Below, piece by piece: positions 1-9,861 of a DNA stretch of 64,000 nucleotides. Within the stretch, counting starts at the first letter, position 1; every line of letters starts with the position of its first letter. A program made the position numbers and the translations under genes. This DNA comes from the human T2T-CHM13v2.0 reference genome, Homo sapiens, in NCBI RefSeq assembly GCF_009914755.1, contig NC_060929.1; one strand, given 5' to 3'. The notes under the pieces were generated by a model, which saw nothing but the letters and a program-made list of their open reading frames with translations, ran no database searches and was not told where the DNA came from.

Positions 1-1122
1 TTTTACATATGCATACAGAAATGGGAGGAGTACTTATCAGTTGGGAGAACCTACCTTGTAATTTTTAGCCAGACTCTCCAAGAATTGAAGTAAACCCAGG
101 TTAAATATAATTCTTTAGTTTGAAATAGCCATTGCTCACTAGCTCCAAACCTTTCCAAGATAACAAATTCAAATTCAGTCTGCTGTCCTGACTTTTTAAG
201 TGAATAAAAACATCAATATGAAATCATTTAGTTATTCCACAAGCAATTGAAAAATATTATATGGAGATTAACCAGAAGGAAGTTAATGTGCTTTATAATC
301 GTTGTCAGTTTCATGTTGGCACATTTCCACTTTTCTACAGCTGAGAAGCTATTGACCTCAGACAACTTATTTATCAGCCTAGTAAGCTTAAAAAATAATA
401 ATTTGTAAAAAGCTAATAGACTCTGGATTTCAGTTCTGATCATCACCTAAGATCTGTACCTAAAAATCTCATTTTTGCCATCTGTGAATCTCTAAATGTG
501 AGATTCCTATGCATTATATTCCTGCATAACTATATTCCTAAGAGAAAGGGAAACACTTAGAAGATGTTTTCAAGCTATTAATCCAAAAGATTCTGCTTTC
601 ATTTCTTTCCATGACCAAGGAGGAGACTATATTTGAATGTAGGCAAAAATTCTCAATTTTATAAATATATGCAAATAAAGCATAATAATAATTTTTGCAG
701 TTTTATAAACTTTTCTTTTCTGCTTAGCAAACTCCAGAATATTTCCCCAATTGAATAGCTAGTATATACTTAGGGACTCAATAATAAAAATGTTAAAAGA
801 AATGTAATTAAGAAGGCAGATCTGCTTAAACATGATTGCATACTGTATTCCAAAGCTAAATATAAATGGCTTTGGATTGTCTGTTTCCTATTCCTTTCCC
901 ATTTGCCCAAAGAATTGTTCTTCATATTTGCAATTCCATGTGACTTATCACTTGCGTAGAGTTTTAAAAACATTATACAAATTAGCTTGCTAATGTGGTT
1001 AGTGGAAAATTACTATAGTTTGAAAGTGGGTAATTCTTAAACCAATAAAATTTGAAATTGTCATCAGCCTGAATATATGTTAAGTTTTACATGTTTTTGT
1101 TTGTCTTTATCTTAAATGGCAG

Positions 1123-1235
1123 CAATTGAAGTTTATGCATACTCCACATCAGTTCCTTCTTCTCAGCAGTCCACCAGCCAAAGAATCCAATTTTAGAGCT
1201 GCTAAAAAACTCTTTGGAAGCACCTTTGCATTTCA
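1123..1235 (+). CDS. PARP8: PARP8 internal coding exon (QLKFMHTPHQFLLLSSPPAKESNFRAAKKLFGSTFAF + first 2 nt of the catalytic His codon)
   Basis: Acceptor ...taaatggcag|CAATTG and donor TTTCA|gtgagt. 113 nt of open frame. The peptide matches the PARP6/PARP8 segment just before the HGS motif and joins the next exon in frame. Confidence 0.96.
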
Positions 1236-1490
1236 GTGAGTAAGGCTTAATGTTAATGGGGGTGTGCTCCCATTAACATTTTCCAGAAATGTATGGGGAA
1301 GATATCACTGTCTTTCAGTAAATGATCATTCAGTAGATGGTCATTCAACAGATGGTCATGTAGTCAACTACATAATACTTGATTTGGCAATCCAGAACCT
1401 TCAGAAGGCACCATGACTTATTATGTTTTGACCACTTTGAAGATAATTAATTTTCTGGTTTTGCTTTTTCCTTTCCGTCTGTTTTTTTAG

Positions 1491-1563
1491 TGGCTCACAC
1501 ATTGAAAACTGGCACTCCATCCTGAGGAATGGTCTGGTTGTTGCTTCTAATACACGATTGCAG
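1491..1563 (+). CDS. PARP8: PARP8 coding exon ((H)GSHIENWHSILRNGLVVASNTRLQ); ART catalytic HGS motif
   Basis: Long pyrimidine tract ending ttttttag|TGG, donor CAG|gtagat. 73 nt; completes the CA|T His codon of the PARP signature FHGS. Confidence 0.97.
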
Positions 1564-1703
1564 GTAGATTTTCTGAATGCTTTCACAAGACTTCATTCTT
1601 CTTCAGAATTGAGATTCAGTAAGCAACCCTGTTGTTAGGTTTAACTTGCAAAAGAGGAAGCATGTGAGTAAGACATTATATGGAATTTCTAGTAGGCATA
1701 CTA

Positions 1704-2100
<397 letters not shown>

Positions 2101-3070
2101 GAGTTTAATTCCCTCTGAGAAAACAGTAAAACAAATCACACTTTTTACTTAAGTAGAAAAACATTATCATGCACAAAGTAAAATCATACAGGCATTCTGT
2201 TAATTCAATGTACATTTCTAGAGCACTGGGCCTCAATATGAATGCTTTTAGAGAATAAAATGTAGAAATAAGTGAAGATTGCATGCTAGAGAGCCATCTG
2301 ATACCTGCTTTTCCGCCTCCAGGACAGTACTTGGTGTTAGCAGGATATCATGGCAGTCATCTTCATCTTTATTTATGCCTTTCATCCTGCACATTTCACT
2401 TCACTCTCCTGCAGCTGAATTTTTTTTCATCTGACAGCATAAGGACATAAGGAAATGAGATGCTTAACCCAGTCACTTGAGCTAGATCTCATATTATGAT
2501 GACATTTTAGATGATTCAATTAAATGTTAAATGTGTTTAGTATTCAATTCATACTAATAGTGTGTGAGGGCCCAGAACACAGAGATAATAAGAAAGAAAT
2601 TTAGTTGATCTGAGTATAGTTTCAGTTAATGAAACTTATGTAACCTGAAAAATGTAACAGGATAAGAACAGGATGACAGATAGTATTATTAATGAAAATC
2701 TGAGCAGGACGCTTTGTTTATACACTAACATATAAATCCTAATCAGAATGCGTTACTGTGTTTTTCGGACCAAGTTTAGTTTCTGAAATTTTAGATCCAT
2801 TAAAATAAAGGCCTACTAGTGTACTTTATAATAAATGATTGTCTTTATTAATGGTAGGATGGAAAACATTTATCAAGAATATTTTTCCTCTAGATACCAT
2901 TTTTCTAAGCACAAGGATATTAGTACTGTTTTCAAATTAGACCTTGGAATAGAAGCTCTGTCATTTTTTTGTAAGACTGAATGTTCTGACATGAAACTGA
3001 TTGCTTTGTCAAATATTATCATTTAAACCATGAACAGACCTCTCTCTCTCTCCCACTCTTCCCATCTTAG

Positions 3071-3140
3071 CTCCATGGTGCAATGTATGGAAGTGGAATC
3101 TATCTTAGTCCAATGTCAAGCATATCATTTGGTTACTCAG
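3071..3140 (+). CDS. PARP8: PARP8 coding exon (LHGAMYGSGIYLSPMSSISFGYS); YGxGIY NAD-binding motif
   Basis: Acceptor cccatcttag|CTC, donor CAG|gtaatt. 70 nt; contains the PARP G-x-G-I-Y motif. Overlaps ORF 3083..3301. Confidence 0.97.
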
Positions 3141-3995
3141 GTAATTCCTGTATTTCATTTCTAAAGTCACATTTATTAGGTTTTAATTTTCTTATTGTTT
3201 ATACTCTATTCACAGCTTTCTATTGTGCCTTATTAGATATATTTTTATTAAATTTGTTTGCTAAATGTCAAAAGCAAAAACAAAGCCCATTTTCAAGATG
3301 AATTTATAATACTCTCCCTAGTGTACAAGATGGAATATATGTTTCATCAATTTAAAAAAATATTTAATATTCCTTACATTTATTCCTTCCACAAATGAAT
3401 ATTGAGACTATAATATATGCAAAGCACTATGTAGGGCACTGAGAAGTACACATACATAATATCTTTAAGTGTAATTCTATATCATGCTAATTTCTTATCT
3501 TTGTAATATTATTCATAAAGAAGCTTTGAACATTGTGGAAACATTAGAGTAGAAAAACACCCTCAAAATCATCTTTCTTGTTAACAACTTTTTGTAAATT
3601 TGGTGAGATTGTGGGAAAAAATACTTTGGAAAAAATTGAAAACTTGTGCTGTGCAGGAGCCTGGTGAGTTCAAAATGTAGAAAGAATGATCACCAAATTG
3701 TTAGCATTACTTATCCTTGGTGGAATTGGTGATGTTTTCTTCTTTGCACTTAAAAAATTTTTGGAATATTTTACAATGATCAGCATGATTTATATAACAA
3801 CTAACCTATTCTGGTTTAAATATAAAATAATTATGCTCATTGTATAAATTCAAGCTACACAGAATTTTTGAAGTAGCAGATGAAAATTTTCTCTCCTTTA
3901 CTACAGCTTCAGTGTTCTGTGTATGTTCCTTCACACTTTTAAGTGGTTTTATATACATATAACTGCATATGTAATTAGTTTTGCTTGTGTGCTCA

Positions 3996-3998
<3 letters not shown>

Positions 3999-4028
<30 letters not shown>
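3999..4028. repeat. (GT)15 microsatellite in a PARP8 intron
   Basis: Perfect dinucleotide run. Confidence 0.97.
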
Positions 4029-4030
<2 letters not shown>

Positions 4031-4384
4031 TTATGTGATCACGTTACACGTTTTAGGAGATGTCATTCACATGGTGCCTGAATGGTGAGTCTTAATATCC
4101 TCATGTTATAGGAAAGGATATTTAGAGAGGTCTGATAACCAGGTGAACATTAAAGAGAACTACCTAATTTATTTACCAAAGTTCATGTTCTTCCAACCAT
4201 AACAAGTTGTTTCTCAATGATAGGAAACTTGGAACGCTTAAAACCAGATTTATAATTAGAAATACTAAAAGAAATCAGCAACATTGATAAATGGTAAAAT
4301 GCTGATGGAAAGAAAACTTTAAAAAATGAGAAGGTTGCATGTTAACAAAAAAAGAAAAATTAGAAATATATGAAAAATTAAAAC

Positions 4385-4672
4385 ATAATTATTCAAGTAA
4401 CTATTGCTGTTCAACAAACACCTTAACCTTAGGGCAAAATAACAGCTTCATTACGCTCATAGATTCTTTGGGTCAGGAATCTAGGATGGGACCTGGCTAA
4501 GTGATTCTTTAGCCCCTCAAAGTATCCACTGAATGCCGCTCAGCTGATGGATGGGCTGCGCTGGCAGGCCTGAGACAGCCTGACTCATATTCAAGAGTTG
4601 GGGAATTGGACTCCATCTCTTGTTAGCAAAGAAATTCTGTTTCAGTGATCTCTGAAAATACAATATGCCAAA
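4385..4672 (-). mobile_element. Degenerate MaLR LTR (MLT1 family)
   Basis: Motifs ctattgctg..aacaaac, gctcatagattct..gggtcaggaat and ggactccatctcttg resemble the antisense MLT1 consensus. Boundaries approximate. Confidence 0.6.
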
Positions 4673-4889
4673 ATAACACAAAGAAAATAAATACCAGGAA
4701 GTGTAAGATACCGTAGAGATAGGAAATGGAGTTACAAAGAAGAAATCTATTAAAATCAGACTCTAAATCTTGCTAAAACAGTACAAAATAAAAAGCTAAG
4801 AAACCAGCTGAAATAAATAAATACATTCTCAGCATAAAGAAAAAACACAGCAAATCATCAAGTACTGTAATTTTCTGTTTTTTATACTG

Positions 4890-5062
4890 GTATATAGACT
4901 CCTTCAATGGGTACATGGAAAGAATTGTGGAAGGGTTTACAAACCATGTGAATGGATGTAAAAATTTGTGTTATATGTGCTTTTTTTCTGGAGAGGGAGC
5001 ACTTACCTTTCCTCAAATTCTTGAAGGGCTCTTGATCTAAAACAAATGTAAGAATCACTACA
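4890..5062. mobile_element. Old hAT-Charlie non-autonomous element
   Basis: ttttctggagagggag...ctttcctcaaattcttgaagggctcttgatc...taagaatcacta resembles a MER/Charlie terminal region. A similar element lies in the opposite orientation at about 32750-32945. Confidence 0.5.
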
Positions 5063-5961
5063 GTAAGATGACGTAGCATCTGTCGTTGATTTTGAGGGCT
5101 GAAAGTGTAGGGGTAAGAGAACAGGACAGCTTCTCTGCATATATATCCTTTGCTTTTTGTTCAGAATTGGCATTTGAAATCCAAGGCCTTCTCCTCAACC
5201 TGTCCCCATCCACCCCTCCACCTTTTTGGAAGGCCTGGAAAAGTTGGATAAATGTACTTTGCAAAATTTGTAAACAGGCTTTTCCCCTTCTCATTAAGCC
5301 ATTTGCTGAAACAACTACAAAAATCAACACCTATCTCAACTTCTGGTGTAACAGTAGATGAACACTTTCTAATAAAGTGTAGATACAAATCTACCTATTC
5401 TAAAACAGATGTGTATTTTAGTTCTGCTTTTCTAAATTATTCACAGTAAGAAATTATGGCATTTACAGAGTAAGCTAAAATTTGTGAATATTACAGACAA
5501 AAAAACTTACATAATTTGTCTTAATTAGAAGAAATGTTAAATTCTGCATAGAATTTAAGAACAAATAACAACAAAAGTTCAGTTGTAATGTAAAAATATT
5601 TTTCTGACATTGTTCACATTTCCCACCCTTTATTTTCTCCTTCTCCTAGCCAGATAGTGGGAATGAAAGTTAGGTTCTAAAAGCCTTTTAAAATCAAGTT
5701 TTAAGAATTTTTAAATTATATTAATTTTATGCAGAAGAATTTTCGATCCTTGCTTTCAATGCAAAAAAATAACTTTCCCAGGACTTCCCAAACCCACTGA
5801 TCTTCCACCTCAGGGGCTAAGGGCACAGCCCTTTGTTACTGTCTCTAGCCTAATGTGATCAAACCTTTACCTAGAATGGAACTTTGCATAGTAGGTCGAT
5901 TGTACTTTCAGCTGCATCAGACAGCTTTGTCCCTAAATTATTATTTTGCCGATGTTTTCAG

Positions 5962-6035
5962 GGATGAACAAGAAACAGAAGGTGTCAGCCAAGGACGAGC
6001 CAGCTTCAAGCAGTAAAAGCAGCAATACATCACAG
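5962..6035 (+). CDS. PARP8: PARP8 coding exon (GMNKKQKVSAKDEPASSSKSSNTSQ)
   Basis: Acceptor gttttcag|GG, donor CAG|gtgttg. 74 nt; its phases (1 to 0) bridge the flanking exons exactly. Confidence 0.9.
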
Positions 6036-6204
6036 GTGTTGTAGTGACTTTAGTGACTGCTTATGATTAGTGAACTGTGGCCTCATCAGCCAGCAGAGCA
6101 TGGAAAAATAGGCTTTTTAAGTCTGAAAAATTATTTAATGTGGTCATTACTTATAAAGGAATAAAACTCACTCTGAAATGCAGTAACTGAATTGCCTCTA
6201 TACA

Positions 6205-6570
6205 ATAATTAATCAACAGATATTTATTTATCTCCCACTATAATACCAGAGATACTCCTAGGCAGTAGAGTGTAGTGATGGCCAAAAGTAGACACATATT
6301 CCGTCTCTTGGAGCCTACATCCTACTGAGGGGTATAAATAAATTAAATACATATTTAGATAGATAGAATGCTAGATATTATGAAGAAAAATAAATCAGGG
6401 AAATGAGACATTTAATGCTGTCAGGTGGAAGAGGGATCTGGGATGAATGTTAAATGGGATGGTCAGGAAAGGATACTCTGAGAAGGTGACATTTGAGTCA
6501 AGACCTACAGATGATGAGTGCGTGAGCCATGTGACTCTCTAGGAGAAAGAACATTCTGGGCAGAGAGTAG
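6205..6570 (-). mobile_element. L2 LINE 3' fragment
   Basis: atcaacagatatttattta...ggtcaggaaagg..ctctgagaaggtgacatttgag...aacattctgggcagag is a typical antisense L2 3' end. Confidence 0.8.
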
Positions 6571-7159
6571 AATGACCATCAATCCCATGTTGTTTCAGAG
6601 AAAACAAGTATATTCTGGGAAAATTAAAAAATCATCTGATAAGTAGTGTGACTTTAAATTTAAAAAAAGAGAGTATAGCTAATCTAATATCTGAAAAAAA
6701 AAAAAATCCCAGATTTTCTACATGAAATGTTTCTGTAACCTCCGTGACCTAGTACATGATGCTATTAAAAAAATGGGTTGGTTTTGGAGTAGGTGATCTG
6801 AAATAATTGATTTTGATGTTTGAAAAGATCAAGCAAATTTAATTTTGTTTACCTTGAAATAAAGAGGCCAAGCTTTTAGTAAAAATAAATTTGAGTTCTA
6901 ATTCTGTGTTGTAAGATTATTGAACCCTAATTTAGCATTTTTCAGTTCACTTATCTCAAGAATAATTTAGTAATGATGATGTACAGAAATTAAAAATAAC
7001 TTAATATTAAGAGAGTGCAAGGAAATTGATGCTAGTCTAGATAGGCTTTTTTTTTTTGACCTGGAGCCATCTTAGTGACTATTACTTTTTAATGATGAAC
7101 AGCTTTTTTCACAAAGTGTTTCATTCTGACTCTAAGTTTTAATTGTTTTTGGAATTTAG

Positions 7160-7229
7160 TCACAGAAAAAAGGACAGCAATCCCAATTCCTGCAAAGCCG
7201 TAACTTAAAATGCATAGCCTTATGTGAAG
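7160..7229 (+). CDS. PARP8: PARP8 coding exon (SQKKGQQSQFLQSRNLKCIALCE)
   Basis: Acceptor gaatttag|TCACAG, donor GAAG|gtaagt. 70 nt; encodes the CIALCEV strand typical of PARP6/8/16. Confidence 0.95.
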
Positions 7230-8111
7230 GTAAGTTGAAAGTTTTACAAACCTCATAGTGTTAGTTCCTAGCTCATCTATAATTAAAAATATAAGTATAT
7301 TTACAGAGTGCTTACGGTGGAATAGGGAAAGCATTATTCCTTATGATCATCTCAAAGGGCACAAATGCAAAAACGGGTACCGTAGAGATCATAAAGGTTC
7401 AAACCAAATTGCAGAATTGGCAAGAATTCAGAGAGTGATATATTTTATTTCTGGCAGATATTTCCAGAATGGTAATTATATCTTTCTGATCAAGTAATGC
7501 TTATCTCTTTAGTTAATGTGCTACCTTCCTCTTAAAGTTGGTATTTGAATATATGATACTATGAAAAATGTGAAAGATGAACCAAGCACTGAGAAGATAA
7601 CCTATTAGGTCTTTCTGTTCCTGCACTGAAATTATTATATTATTCTGTACTGAGGACAGAAAAATTGATGGGTGATTTGCAAGATGATATACTTTTCTTT
7701 GTTCTTGCTTTAAAATATGACTGCCTAAAAATTCATTTTTTCTTCTTGTGTTAGGAGTTTTAGTAGCTGCTGTCAACTGTCTTTTAAGTTTTCAACACAC
7801 GGTAGTTATATAGGACATGAACTTGCTGTCTACATAGTTCTTAAGTCAGGACCTATCTGCTTTTGGTAATACTTAGATGAGTCCCTTTTTATTGTTATAC
7901 CAGTTGTTATTCAAATTATAAAGTTGTTACATGGTCTTTCACTGTTTTTATCTATATTTCTTCATAGACAATAAGGCTAAACAATTTTTATGTGTTCATT
8001 AGTGCTTGTATTTTTGCTTTAGATTTCAACGAGAAGAGATATATTAAGTCGGAATGGACTAGGATTCCTTTAGAATAAAGTGGTTCTTTAATTTTATTTT
8101 CCACTTAACAG

Positions 8112-8196
8112 TGATCACCTCATCTGACCTGCACAAACATGGAGAGATATGGGTTGTCCCCAATACTGACCATGTCTGCACACGATTCTTTTTCGT
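8112..8196 (+). CDS. PARP8: PARP8 penultimate coding exon (VITSSDLHKHGEIWVVPNTDHVCTRFFF)
   Basis: Acceptor cttaacag|TG, donor TCGT|gtaagt. 85 nt. The GEIWVV strand has Ile where PARP1 has its catalytic Glu (H-Y-I triad, mono-ART). Confidence 0.96.
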
Positions 8197-8441
8197 GTAA
8201 GTGGAAATGCTCAAATTTGTATATTACTGTCTTTGCCACAAATGGGTTAGTGGTGACTGAATTATCGTTTGGTCTCTTTAGCTGCCAAAATATAACAGGT
8301 AATTGAGTTTAACATCAACTAATGTTTTTGTTTTATTTTCAGTAAGCCATTAAAAAAATCTAAATAATTTTTAAATGCTGTTAACTTAGAAGAGCTCATG
8401 AAAAACACCTGTTAACTTACAACTAAAAAAAACACCATCTT

Positions 8442-8740
8442 AGTCAAGCCTGGTGGCCCACACCTGTAATCCCAATACTTTGGGAAGCCGAGGCGGGTGG
8501 ATCACCTAAGGTCAGGAGTTTGAGACCAGCCTGGCTAACATGGTGAAACGCTATCTCTACTAAAAATACAAAAATTAGCTGGGCGCGGTGGTGCATGCCT
8601 GTAGTCCCAGCTCCTGGGGCTGAGGCAGGAGAATCGCTTGAACCCAAGAGGTGGAGGTTGCAGTGAGCCAAGATAGCACCACTTACTCCAGCCTGGGTGA
8701 CAGGGAGAATCTGTCTCAAAAAGAAAAAAAAAGAAAAAAG
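8442..8740 (+). mobile_element. AluSx-like full-length SINE
   Basis: Dimeric Alu with A tail. 13-bp target-site duplication AAAAACACCATCT at 8428-8440 and 8741-8753. Confidence 0.95.
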
Positions 8741-9518
8741 AAAAACACCATCTCTGTCTCTCTAGCCATCTCTCTGTATGTATATATGTATACATGTGTT
8801 TATACACCTCCATACACACATATACTTTTGTTAATTTTAAAAATTTAGAACTGGGATGAAGAATACAATAATGAAAAGGTCTGTCCTATAAAAGATTGAT
8901 CTACATTCCATATAATACAGGCTGGCAATGCAGTACATGTCAATGTGGGGTTTTTTTTTGGCACAGCTGTATCATAAGAGTTGCATTAAAATATAAAAGC
9001 ATTATTTTTCATTCCTAAATAATGGGTGCAGTAGACCAGTCTAATTTTCACTCTACCCTTGGCTTCCAACCCGTTTCCCATGCTGTTCCCACCTTATCCA
9101 TGATCTTGTCACAGAAAGGATTTCAGGGAAGAGTTGAGCATATCTGTTTTGTACTTTATGTAGTATATTTAAAAGAAACTGAAAAATGGAACTGTTAAGG
9201 TTGCTTCGGTATACTGTATATCCTGAGTACCCTGTGTATTCAGCATTGGATCTGTTGGCTTGTTGACAGACTATTCACAGTGAGACTTACAAGCTGCCTG
9301 GTTTTCTTTTGGATGATTTGAAAACTGTGATTGTTCTTACCATAGATATTTGCTGACTATAGATTTCTTTCTTAACAGTGAGGCAGCAGTGAGTATAGGA
9401 GAAGGAGCCCGCTTTTGATCAGATAGTTTGAATCCTGGCTGAATAGTAATTAGTAAGATGATATTGCCTGGTTGTATAACACGTCTAAGCTTCATCGGTA
9501 AAATGATAATAATATACC

Positions 9519-9861
9519 TGTATCAGTCAGAATCCAAACAAGAAACAGATGACCCATGAAAAATATTTTTGGGTCATCCACAATTAGATTATTTACAAGG
9601 GTATGATTATAAGGAAACCGCAAGTCCAGTGTAGTAACCTGGATCTATTAGCACCAGAGCTGTTATACATTCCCAGGTACAAAAGGACACAGACAGGAAG
9701 CAGTCCTGTTGGGAAGCCCCATTGGCCAAAGCCTGCCAGAAGCTAGAGAACAATGAAGCTTATTGAGAAAGTCCTTACAGGTCAGGCTCCTGGGGCAGAA
9801 CGAAGGCAGAGAAAGACTCCAAGAGGATCCTGGGGGCTCCTAGAGAAGCTAACAGCACACA
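9519..9861 (-). mobile_element. Ancient solo LTR (MLT1K/LTR78-like) inserted in a MIR
   Basis: TG...CA termini; 5-bp flanks atacc/gtacc; MIR-like sequence on both sides (about 9380-9518 and 9862-9930). Confidence 0.6.

Noticed and set aside
1-1122. Search for a further upstream PARP8 exon
   Set aside because: No PARP-like reading frame with matching splice sites was found; the previous exon appears to lie before the window.
3141-3301. Continuation of ORF 3083..3301 past the PARP8 exon
   Set aside because: PARP similarity stops at the donor after 3140; the rest is intronic read-through with no supporting evidence.
8444-8848. Alu-derived ORFs (also 1753, 31026, 35781/35855 and 50710)
   Set aside because: Standard translations of Alu sequence, not genes.
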